Shown in pieces: positions 9,254 through 17,286 of a stretch of 22,341 nucleotides of DNA. This DNA comes from Candidatus Krumholzibacteriia bacterium (lineage in GTDB: Bacteria > Krumholzibacteriota > Krumholzibacteriia > LZORAL124-64-63), in the NCBI GenBank assembly GCA_046484865.1, contig JAWOID010000142.1, positions 1-22,341 on the forward strand. Reading direction: 5' to 3'. Numbering within the stretch: the first letter of the stretch is position 1; every line of letters starts with the position of its first letter. The translations under genes were made by a program, and so were the position numbers. A model generated the notes under the pieces. That model did not search any database. It saw only the letters and a program-made list of their open reading frames with translations, and was not told where the DNA came from.

Positions 9254-9381
9254 CCGGCGCGGCCCTGGCCCGCGGGGCGCGGTGCATCTAGAGTGGGCGC
9301 GAGGGCGGCGGTCGGGGACGAGGATCCGCGGCGGCCGCCCGTCGCACCAGGTCGGATGGACTCCCCAGGGCCGGAGGGGCG

Positions 9382-10593
9382 ATGAAGGTCCGCATCGATA
9401 GCGGGCAGACGCGCGCGACGAGTCGCACGCTGCGGGAGCTCGGCGTCGCCGGACCCGCCCTGCTGCTCGACGAGGTGCGCGTCCGCCGCAACATCACGCG
9501 GATGGCCGCGCGAGCCGCCGAGGCGGCCGTCCGGCTGCGCCCTCACGCCAAGACTCACCAGTCGGCCGCGATCGCGCGGTGGCTCGCCGAGGCGGGCGCC
9601 GACGGGATCGCGGTCTCGTCGCTGCCAATGGCGCGCTACTTCGCCGAGCACGGCTGGCGCGACATCACCGTGGCCCGCCTGGTGCACCCGGGAGAGGCGG
9701 CGGGTCTCGCGGAACTCGCGCGGACCGTCGGGACGGCGCCCGATGGAGGGCCCGCCATCGGCGTGCCGGTCGACGACCCGTCGCTGCCCGGCGCCCTGGC
9801 GAGCGAGCTCGGCGGCGCACGGCTGCGCTTCTGGATCAAGGTGGACGCCGGATACGGCCGCACGGGCGTGCGCTGGGACGATCGCCAGCGGCTGTCCGCC
9901 GTGGCCCGGGCCGTCCGGACCGCCGGCGCGGGGCCGCTTGCGGGCGTCCTGACCCACACGGGCCAGGCCTACGGCGCAGCCGGGCCGGACCGGCTCTCGG
10001 CGCTCTACGACCGCACGGTGGAGCGCTTGAGCCACGCGGCGCGCGCGGCGGCGGACGATCCGCGCGTCTCGGGCCCGCCCTTGCTGCTATCCGCCGGCGA
10101 CACCCCCACCTGCAGCGCTGCCCGCTCGCTCGAGGGGACCGACGAGATCCGTCCCGGCAACTTCGTCTTCTACGACCTGATGCAGGTCCGCCTCGGTGCC
10201 TGTGAACCCACCGACGTGGGCGTGGCGGTCGCGTGTCCGGTGCTCGGCGTGTACCCCGACCGCGGCGAGCTGGTGATCCACGGCGGGGCCGTGCATCTGA
10301 GCAAGGAGTCGCTGCCCGGTCCGGCCGCCACGCCCAGCTTCGGTCAACTCGCCCTCGCCTCCGCCGACGGCTTCGGCCAGCCGGTGCCGGGCACCTGGCT
10401 CAGCACGCTGAGCCAGGAGCACGGGGTGGTGGGAGCCGAACCGGCCGTTTTCGACGCCGCGCTGGCCGACCTCCGACCGGGCGACCTCGTCCTCGTGCTC
10501 CCGGTGCACTCGTGCCTCACGGCCGACCTGTACGGAAGCTATCTCACCATGACCGGGCGACGCATCGAACGACGGCCCGGCGGGGCGAGCTGA
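9382..10593 (+). CDS. Fold-type III PLP enzyme, DSD1/D-serine dehydratase-D-threonine aldolase family
   Basis: RPHAKTH PLP-lysine motif, KVDAGYGRTGV, THTGQAY, SAGDTPT, EIRPGNFVFYD, LSQEHG and C-terminal PVHSCL (His/Cys metal ligands). Confidence 0.85.
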   Translation: MKVRIDSGQTRATSRTLRELGVAGPALLLDEVRVRRNITRMAARAAEAAVRLRPHAKTHQSAAIARWLAEAGADGIAVSSLPMARYFAEHGWRDITVARLVHPGEAAGLAELARTVGTAPDGGPAIGVPVDDPSLPGALASELGGARLRFWIKVDAGYGRTGVRWDDRQRLSAVARAVRTAGAGPLAGVLTHTGQAYGAAGPDRLSALYDRTVERLSHAARAAADDPRVSGPPLLLSAGDTPTCSAARSLEGTDEIRPGNFVFYDLMQVRLGACEPTDVGVAVACPVLGVYPDRGELVIHGGAVHLSKESLPGPAATPSFGQLALASADGFGQPVPGTWLSTLSQEHGVVGAEPAVFDAALADLRPGDLVLVLPVHSCLTADLYGSYLTMTGRRIERRPGGAS

Positions 10594-10602
10594 TCCGGGA
10601 CG

Positions 10603-10655
10603 GGACGGGCACGCGCGTGCGCCCGTCCGCGGGGGCACGCGTGCCCGTCCGCGGG
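10603..10655. terminator. Palindromic repeat or bidirectional hairpin between convergent genes
   Basis: GGACGGGCACGCG (10603-10615) is the exact reverse complement of CGCGTGCCCGTCC (10638-10650), with nested palindromes. No U-tract. Confidence 0.45.
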
Positions 10656-10658
10656 ATC

Positions 10659-11258
10659 TCACCGCCCGGGGCGCGGCTCCGTCGGGTCCTCGTGCGCGCT
10701 CGCGCGGCGGCTCCAGTACCAGATCGCCTCGGCGAACTCTCGCGCCGAGTACTCGCAGGGCGTGCCGCCCGGCCGGGCGAGGAAGTTGCGAGCCATGGTG
10801 ACCGGGTTCATGGGCTCGTCCGGGACCGGAGCGGCGATCAGGCAGACCACTTCCCAGTCGGCGTCGCCGGAGCGCTCCCCCTCGTTCTCCTCGAGCGTGG
10901 CGGCGCTGTAGAGCACCACGGACGCGTGGCGGGCCGGCTCGCGAGCCCCTTCCGCCGTCACCCGGACGAAGGGCTCCTCATGCGGCTGCCGTCGTTCGAG
11001 CCGGGCGTGCAGCCACGTCCGCTCGTCCACCAGCACGGTGCTGGACACGAACCGATCGGGCGGCACCGGAACGACCACGACCTGCGAGAGATCGGTGCGC
11101 CCCGCGCCCGGCCGCCGGTCCGCCCAGCGGGCTCTCACCAGCGCCAGCAGTTCCTCCTCCGAGCCGTCGAACCACGTCCGCGGACCGCTCCGGACGTGAC
11201 GGTCGCGCGCGAAACGGCTCCAGGCGAGGCTCGGGACCGGGTGGTGGCGGCGAGACAT
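10659..11258 (-). CDS. DUF3228-family-like protein
   Basis: GAAGGAG RBS before ATG 11258 (MSRRHH). Motifs ERRQPHEEP, VVLYS...LEE, DWEVV...EPMNPVTMARN..GGT...AIWYWS resemble DUF3228, recognised from memory. Confidence 0.7.
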   Translation of the reverse strand: MSRRHHPVPSLAWSRFARDRHVRSGPRTWFDGSEEELLALVRARWADRRPGAGRTDLSQVVVVPVPPDRFVSSTVLVDERTWLHARLERRQPHEEPFVRVTAEGAREPARHASVVLYSAATLEENEGERSGDADWEVVCLIAAPVPDEPMNPVTMARNFLARPGGTPCEYSAREFAEAIWYWSRRASAHEDPTEPRPGR

Positions 11259-11288
11259 CGATTCTCCTTCGGGAGCGCCGGCCGGCGA

Positions 11289-11348
11289 GTTCCGCCGCCC
11301 GGCTGTTCCGCCGCCCGGCTTGGCGTCGGCGGATCGGTGGTGTATCGT
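11289..11348 (+). promoter_or_regulatory. 16-bp direct tandem repeat abutting a putative sigma70 promoter in the divergent intergenic region
   Basis: GTTCCGCCGCCCGGCT occurs twice (11289-11304, 11305-11320). TTGGCG (11320-11325), 17-nt spacer, TATCGT (11343-11348). Confidence 0.45.
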
Positions 11349-11439
11349 GGCCGGTCGCGTCCGGTCGCACCCGCGGACGGACGGAACGCCAGGCCGAGTC
11401 ACCGACACGTTAAACCCGCGCACACGCCGGAGGAAACCC

Positions 11440-11910
11440 ATGGATCACCCCGCGAACGAGCGCCAGCTCATCCGCGACTGCAAGATCGGCGAGGGGACGA
11501 AGGTGTGGAACTTCGTCAACCTGTACGAGTGCGAGATCGGCCGCGACTGCATGATCGGCACCTTCGTCGAGATCCAGGCCGGCGTGAAGATCGGCGACCG
11601 CACCCGGGTGCAGAGCCACACGTTCGTCTGCGAACTGGTCACGATCGGCAGCGACGTCTTCGTGGGCCACGGCGTCATGTTCATCAACGATACCATGCCG
11701 CCCCAGGCCGACCGCTCGCAGTGGAAGCAGACGGTGATCGAGGACGGCGCCTCCATCGGCAGCAACGTGACCCTGCTGCCGGTGCACATCGGCCGGAACG
11801 CCGTGGTGGGCGCGGGGTCGGTGGTGACGAAGGACGTGCCCGACGGCGCCGTGGTCGCCGGCAATCCGGCGCGCGTCCTGCGCTTCCGGGAGGGCTACGG
11901 GGCGCGTTGA
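11440..11910 (+). CDS. Hexapeptide-repeat (left-handed beta-helix) N-acyltransferase, WbpD/WxcM/FdtC-like
   Basis: GGAGG RBS before ATG 11440. Hexapeptide repeats (KIGEGT, EIGRDC, KIGDRT, TIGSDV), MFINDTMP and GAGSVVTKDVP...VAGNPAR. Confidence 0.85.
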   Translation: MDHPANERQLIRDCKIGEGTKVWNFVNLYECEIGRDCMIGTFVEIQAGVKIGDRTRVQSHTFVCELVTIGSDVFVGHGVMFINDTMPPQADRSQWKQTVIEDGASIGSNVTLLPVHIGRNAVVGAGSVVTKDVPDGAVVAGNPARVLRFREGYGAR

Positions 11911-11993
11911 GGCTCGCGGCATCCTCGGGCGGCCGGCGACGATGCGGAACGGGCCGGGGCGTTTCCTCCGGGTCGACCGGCAACATGAACATG

Positions 11994-12002
11994 TGGTATC
12001 AT
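11994..12002 (+). promoter_or_regulatory. Extended -10 element upstream of the secreted protein at 12044
   Basis: TGG-TATCAT lies about 40 nt before the ATG; an AGGAGG RBS follows. Confidence 0.35.
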
Positions 12003-12043
12003 CGCCGCACTCGCCCCACCTGCCGCCATGAGGAGGGCCCACG

Positions 12044-12670
12044 ATGAACACCGTGAAGACGAGTCTTGCGACCGTCGTCCTGCTGGCCGGCGCCGTTCTC
12101 GCGGCGATGCTGCCGGCGTCTGCCGCCGCCGAGGCGAACGTCATCGCCCTCTCCTTCCACGAGGCGGACCGCGGCGACGAATGCTGGGACTGCATCTGCC
12201 CAGGTCAGTTCATGCTGTACGTCGTCCTGGAGGATCTGTCCGAGCCGGCTGTCGGGGCCGAATTCAAGGTGACCGCGGACCTGCCCGCGACCATCATCGA
12301 AACGGACGTGCTGACGCCTGCGGGCGTCCTCTACATCGTCCCGCCCGTCGACGGCGAGTTCCGCATCTCGTTCCCCGAACCGGCGTGGGGGGAGGTCGTG
12401 GCCGCGGCCGCCATCCAGTACCAGGTGCTCGGCGCGGGCTACGCCGAGTGGTTCCTGGGACCGGTGTCGAGTCCCGCCGTCGCGGGCTGGCCGTCCTATC
12501 TCCCGGCAGCCGATCCGGAAACCCCGATCGTGCTGGTGCCCGCCTCGGGCGACCCGGAGCAGCGGTCGGCCTGGTTCACGACGGATTGCGACGTCTGCTT
12601 CCCGCTGGCGGCCGAGGCGAAGACCTGGTCGGCGGTCCGGTCGCTCTTCGGCGAAAGGGGCGCGCGGTAG
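12044..12670 (+). CDS. Secreted Cys-containing hypothetical protein with C-terminal TW tag
   Basis: AGGAGG RBS; signal peptide ending SAAA/E; CWDCIC and CDVC motifs; acidic beta-rich body; ends CFPLAAEAKTWSAVRSLFGERGAR. Confidence 0.75.
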   Translation: MNTVKTSLATVVLLAGAVLAAMLPASAAAEANVIALSFHEADRGDECWDCICPGQFMLYVVLEDLSEPAVGAEFKVTADLPATIIETDVLTPAGVLYIVPPVDGEFRISFPEPAWGEVVAAAAIQYQVLGAGYAEWFLGPVSSPAVAGWPSYLPAADPETPIVLVPASGDPEQRSAWFTTDCDVCFPLAAEAKTWSAVRSLFGERGAR

Positions 12671-12871
12671 GTTCCGAAACCCGGTGCGACGCGAGCGATT
12701 CCGGTCTATCATGACGGGGCTCGACCGGCCCGCTCCGCGGCGCGCGGCGGCGATCACGCGACCGGACCTGCGCCGGTGGCGCGTCGTGGCGTGCTTCCGG
12801 GGAGCGGGCCGCTCACCGATGAGCGGGTCAGAACCACGCGCGCGGAGCTCCCGGGCGCCGGAACGAGACCG

Positions 12872-15706
12872 ATGGCCGACCAGACGCGAAACCCCGACCA
12901 GCCGCACGTCCCCAACACGCTCTCGCTCGCCTTCAGCGAGGAGCTGTACACGGCCTGGCTCGACGACCCCGCCTCCGTCCCCACGAACTGGCAGCGCTAC
13001 TTCGAGAGCCTGAAGATCGATCGCAGCGTGCCGCCGGATCAGGTGGCCGCCATGGGCCGGCGCGAGGCGGAGCTTGCCGAGCGCCAGAACCGTGTGGACC
13101 AGATGATCCGCAACTTCCGCGTGCGCGGTCATCGCATCGCGCGGCTCAATCCCCTGGCCGATCCACCGCCGGAGCCGCCGGAGCTGACGCTGGACTACTA
13201 CGGCTTCGGGGAGCAGGACCTCGACCTGCCCTTCTCCGGCGGCAGCCTGGCGCCAGGCGAAGTGCTGCCCCTGCGCGAGATCCTGCGGCGACTGCAGTCG
13301 ACCTACTGCCGGTACATCGGCGTGCAGTTCATGCACATCGACGACCTCGCCATCCGGGAGTGGCTGCAGCAGAGGATGGAGCCGGTGGAGAACCGCTGCG
13401 CGCTGGAACCGGACGAGCAGATGCGCATCCTGCGGCAGCTCACCGACGCGGTGATTTTCGAGGAGTTCATCCAGAAGAAGTACATCGGCGCCAAGAGCTT
13501 CTCCCTGGAGGGGGCCGAGACGCTGATCCCGCTGCTGGACATGGCGATCGAGCACGCCGGAGGGCAGGGCCTCGATCACGTGGTGCTGGGCATGGCGCAT
13601 CGCGGTCGGCTGAACGTGCTCGCGAACATCATGGGCAAGAGCCCGTGGCAGATCTTCCGCGAGTTCGAGGACAAGGACGCGGAGCTGTACCTGGGCCACG
13701 GCGACGTGAAGTACCATCTCGGCTATCACAGCGACTGGGTGACCGCCCGCGGACACCTGGTGCACCTGGCCCTCGGTTTCAACCCGAGCCATCTGGAGTA
13801 CGTCAACCCGGTGGCCCTGGGCCGCGTGCGCGCCCGGCAGGATCGTGACGAGAACGGCCGTGACCGCAGCATGGCCCTGCTCATCCACGGCGACGCGGCC
13901 TTCGCCGGCGAGGGGATCATCCAGGAAAGCCTGAACCTCAGCGAGCTGGAGGGCTACACCACCTCGGGTACGCTGCACGTGATCGTCAACAACCAGATCG
14001 GCTTCACGACCGACCCCGGCGAGGGCCGGTCGTCGCCCTACGCCACCGACGTGGCGCGCATGCTCCAGATCCCCATCTTCCACGTCAACGGCGAGGACCC
14101 GGAGGCGGTCGCCCAGGTGGTGCGCCTGGCGCTCGACTTCCGCCGCGAGTTCCGGCGCGACGTGGTGATCGACATGTACTGCTACCGCCGGCGCGGCCAC
14201 AACGAGACCGACGAGCCGGCGTTCACGCAGCCGTTGCTCTACCAGGAGATCCGGGCCCGCGAGAGCGTGCGCGAGGGCTACCTGAAGCGGCTCATGAAGT
14301 ACGGCGACGTCAGCCGCGAGATGGCCGACGAGCTGGCCGACCGCCGGCGCGAGGTGCTGGAGGGGTACCTGTCGGAGGCCCGGCGCGACGACAACCTGGT
14401 GGCGGAGCGCCCCCGCGTGCTCGGCAAGGTGTGGCAAGACTACAAGGGCGGACCCGAGGCGGTGGTCCCGGACGCGGAGACGCGCGTGCCGCGCGAACGC
14501 CTGCAGGAGCTGTTGCGCAAGCAGGCGGAGGTGCCCGACGGCTTCACGCCCCACTCGAAGATCGTGCGGCTGCTCGACCTGCGGCAGGCCATCGCCGCCG
14601 GGGAACGGCCGGTGGACTGGGCCGCCGCCGAGGCGCTGGCCTTCGCCAGCCTGGTCACCGAGGGCCATCGGGTGCGTCTGACCGGCCAGGACAGCGAGCG
14701 CGGCACCTTCAGCCACCGCCATGCCGTGCTCCACGACCAGCGCACCGGACAGCGCCACACGCCGCTGCAGCGGCTGACGGCCGACCAGGCGCCCTGCGAG
14801 ATCTACAACAGCCCGCTGTCGGAGGCGGGCGTCATGGGCTTCGAGTACGGCTACAGTCTCGCCTACCCGGACGCCCTGGTGATCTGGGAGGCGCAGTTCG
14901 GCGACTTCAACAACGCCGCGCAGGTGATCATCGACCAGTTCATCGCCGCCGGAGAGAGCAAGTGGCGCAGCCTCTCCGGTCTGACGCTCTTCCTGCCCCA
15001 CGGCTTCGAGGGCATGGGGCCGGAGCACAGCAGCGCGCGCATCGAGCGCTTCCTGAGCCTGACGGCCGAGGACAACCTCCAGATCGCGTACCCCAGCACT
15101 CCGGCGCAGCTCTTCCACCTGTTGCGGCGGCAGGTGGTGCGCCCCTGGCGCAAGCCCCTGGTGGTGTTCACGCCCAAGAGCATGCTGCGCCATCCGGAGG
15201 TGATCTCGAGCCTGGACGAGCTGGCGGACGGCGGATTCCAGCGCATCATCACCGATCCTTGCCTCGGCGTGCGCGAGGGGCAGGTGTGCGAGGCGTTGCT
15301 CTGCACCGGCAAGGTCTACTACGACCTGGATGCCGAGCGCCGGCGCCTCGGCCGCGAGGACCTCGCGATCCTGCGGCTGGAGCAGCTCTACCCGCTGCCC
15401 GCCCGGTACATCGAGCAGGAGCTGCACCAGATGGCGCCCGGCGTGCCGGTGCGCTGGGTGCAGGAGGAGCCCGAGAACATGGGCGCATGGCCCTACCTGC
15501 GCTACCGCTTCGGCGACCGGCTGCTCGGACGCTGGCCGTTCTCCGGCGTCTGTCGCCCCGAGTCGGCCAGCGTGGCCACCGGCAGTTCGGCCAGCCACCG
15601 GCTGGAGCTGGAGATCCTCCTCGATCGCGTCTTCGGTCCGGCCCGCCGCCATCACGCCGCGGCCGGCAGCTCAGCCGCGAAACCCGAGTCCCAAGGAGAT
15701 AGCTGA
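12872..15706 (+). CDS. sucA: 2-oxoglutarate dehydrogenase E1 component
   Basis: KSFSLEG, GMAHRGRLNVL, GDVKYHLG, NPSHLE, ThDP motif HGDAAFAGEG...NNQIGFTT, RRRGHNETD, WEAQFGDF, GPEHSSAR and WVQEEPENMG. ATG 12872 is preferred over GTG 12776. Confidence 0.97.
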   Translation: MADQTRNPDQPHVPNTLSLAFSEELYTAWLDDPASVPTNWQRYFESLKIDRSVPPDQVAAMGRREAELAERQNRVDQMIRNFRVRGHRIARLNPLADPPPEPPELTLDYYGFGEQDLDLPFSGGSLAPGEVLPLREILRRLQSTYCRYIGVQFMHIDDLAIREWLQQRMEPVENRCALEPDEQMRILRQLTDAVIFEEFIQKKYIGAKSFSLEGAETLIPLLDMAIEHAGGQGLDHVVLGMAHRGRLNVLANIMGKSPWQIFREFEDKDAELYLGHGDVKYHLGYHSDWVTARGHLVHLALGFNPSHLEYVNPVALGRVRARQDRDENGRDRSMALLIHGDAAFAGEGIIQESLNLSELEGYTTSGTLHVIVNNQIGFTTDPGEGRSSPYATDVARMLQIPIFHVNGEDPEAVAQVVRLALDFRREFRRDVVIDMYCYRRRGHNETDEPAFTQPLLYQEIRARESVREGYLKRLMKYGDVSREMADELADRRREVLEGYLSEARRDDNLVAERPRVLGKVWQDYKGGPEAVVPDAETRVPRERLQELLRKQAEVPDGFTPHSKIVRLLDLRQAIAAGERPVDWAAAEALAFASLVTEGHRVRLTGQDSERGTFSHRHAVLHDQRTGQRHTPLQRLTADQAPCEIYNSPLSEAGVMGFEYGYSLAYPDALVIWEAQFGDFNNAAQVIIDQFIAAGESKWRSLSGLTLFLPHGFEGMGPEHSSARIERFLSLTAEDNLQIAYPSTPAQLFHLLRRQVVRPWRKPLVVFTPKSMLRHPEVISSLDELADGGFQRIITDPCLGVREGQVCEALLCTGKVYYDLDAERRRLGREDLAILRLEQLYPLPARYIEQELHQMAPGVPVRWVQEEPENMGAWPYLRYRFGDRLLGRWPFSGVCRPESASVATGSSASHRLELEILLDRVFGPARRHHAAAGSSAAKPESQGDS

Positions 15707-15708
15707 CC

Positions 15709-17232
15709 ATGGCCGTGGACGTGAAGGTGCCTGCCCTGGGCGAGTCCATCAACGAGGTGCAGATCGCGGACTGGTTCAAGCAGCCGGGCGACTGGGTGGA
15801 ACTGGACGAGCCGCTGGTGGAACTCGAATCGGACAAGGCGACCGTGGAACTGCCGGCTCCATCGGCCGGACGGCTGGTGGAGATCGTCAAGCAGAGCGGC
15901 GAGTTCGCCACCATCGGCGACGTGGTGGCGGTGATCGACGAGGCCGCCGCCGCCGGCGGCGATGGCGGCGGTTCCGGACAGACGGCTGCTGCGCCGGCCG
16001 CGCCGGCGGAAGAGCCTGCGTCCGAGCCCGCGTCCGGGCCCGCGTCCGAGCCCGCCGAGGAAGCTCCGCGGGCCGCCCCCGCCGAGGATGTCCCACAAGC
16101 TGCGCCCGCGCCGCGACCGCGGCGGGACGAGCCCCCGCAACAGGAGTCTCCGCAGCAGGAGCCTCCGCAGCAGGAGCGGTCGCAGCCGGAATCTCCGGCG
16201 CAGGAATCCGGGCCGCAGGAATCTCCGAGCGCCCGGGCCGGCGCCGGCTCCGGGCACGTGATGCCGGCCGCGCGCCGGGCGGCCGAGCAGGCGGGCGTGG
16301 ACCCGGCCACCGTCCGTGGCAGCGGCCCCGGCGGGCGTGTCCTCAAGGAGGACGTGGTGCGGGCGGCCTCTCGCACGGGCGCAGACGAGCCGTCCAAGCA
16401 GGCGGCGACCCCGCGAACGGCGCAGCGGTCCGAGCCGGCGCCGCAACGGGAGGAGCCGGCGCGCCAACCGGCCGACCGGCGCACCGGAACGCCTCCGGCC
16501 GCCGCTCCGGCCGCACCACCCGCCCCCGGCGAGCGACGCGAGCGCGTGGTCCCCATGTCACCCATCCGGCGGCGCATCGCCGAGCGGCTGGTGCAGGCGC
16601 AGCAGACGGCCGCCCTGCTCACCACCTTCCAGGAAGTGGACATGGGCGGCGTGATGACGCTGCGCAAGCGCCACCAGGAGGCGTTCCAGGAGCGTCACGG
16701 CGTGAAGCTCGGTTTCATGAGCTTCTTCGTCAGGGCGTCGATCGAAGCCTTGCGACTCTTCCCCGAGCTCAACGCCGAGGTCCGGGGACAGGAGATCACC
16801 TACCGGGACTACTACGACATCGGCGTGGCGATCGGCAGCGGCAAGGGTCTGGTGGTACCGATCGTGCGCGACGCCGAACACCTGAGCTTCGCCCAGATCG
16901 AGGAGCGCATCGCCGACTTCGCGGCGCGGGTGAAGTCGAAGAAGATCGACCTCTCCGAGCTTGAGGGCGGCACGTTCACGATCAGCAATGGGGGCGTCTA
17001 CGGATCGCTCCTCTCCACACCCATCGTCAACCCGCCGCAGAGCGGCATCCTGGGGCTGCACACGATCCAGGATCGGGCCGTGGTCGTGGAGGGCGAGATC
17101 GTCGTGCGACCCATGATGTATCTGGCGCTCACCTACGACCACCGCCTCGTGGACGGGCGCGAGGCCGTGTCTTTCCTGCGCCACGTGAAGCACACGATCG
17201 AGCAGCCGGAGCGGCTGCTCCTGCAGATCTAG
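15709..17232 (+). CDS. sucB: Dihydrolipoyllysine-residue succinyltransferase (E2) with long linkers
   Basis: Single lipoyl domain (ESDKAT), E3-binding domain (MPAARR...GSGPGGRVLKEDV) and catalytic TYDHRLVDGREAVSFL. Starts 2 nt after the sucA stop. Confidence 0.95.
   Translation: MAVDVKVPALGESINEVQIADWFKQPGDWVELDEPLVELESDKATVELPAPSAGRLVEIVKQSGEFATIGDVVAVIDEAAAAGGDGGGSGQTAAAPAAPAEEPASEPASGPASEPAEEAPRAAPAEDVPQAAPAPRPRRDEPPQQESPQQEPPQQERSQPESPAQESGPQESPSARAGAGSGHVMPAARRAAEQAGVDPATVRGSGPGGRVLKEDVVRAASRTGADEPSKQAATPRTAQRSEPAPQREEPARQPADRRTGTPPAAAPAAPPAPGERRERVVPMSPIRRRIAERLVQAQQTAALLTTFQEVDMGGVMTLRKRHQEAFQERHGVKLGFMSFFVRASIEALRLFPELNAEVRGQEITYRDYYDIGVAIGSGKGLVVPIVRDAEHLSFAQIEERIADFAARVKSKKIDLSELEGGTFTISNGGVYGSLLSTPIVNPPQSGILGLHTIQDRAVVVEGEIVVRPMMYLALTYDHRLVDGREAVSFLRHVKHTIEQPERLLLQI
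16012..16230 (+). repeat. Tandem repeats in the SucB linker (12-bp EPAS x3-4; 15-bp QESPQ-type x7)
   Basis: GAGCC(T/C)GCGTCC units at 16012-16056; CAGGA(G/A)..TCCGCAG-type units at 16126-16230. Confidence 0.85.
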
Positions 17233-17238
17233 CGGCCG

Positions 17239-17269
17239 GGCGTCGCGCGATCCGGAGCCGCGCGACGCC
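17239..17269 (+). other. Intercistronic hairpin between sucB and lpdA
   Basis: Perfect 11-bp stem GGCGTCGCGCG / CGCGCGACGCC with a 9-nt loop, directly before the GGAGGGAG RBS. Confidence 0.55.
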
Positions 17270-17286
17270 GGTGGAGGGAGCGCGAC

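Noticed and set aside
2813..11920. GGCTCGCGGC directly after the stops of fetB and the acyltransferase
   Set aside because: Short GC-rich match between unrelated genes; compatible with chance.
10233..12047. 604-aa + strand ORF
   Set aside because: Low-complexity Arg/Pro frame crossing three better-supported genes.
11999..15655. 1218-aa minus-strand ORF
   Set aside because: Antisense shadow of sucA caused by high-GC codon bias; no recognisable motifs.
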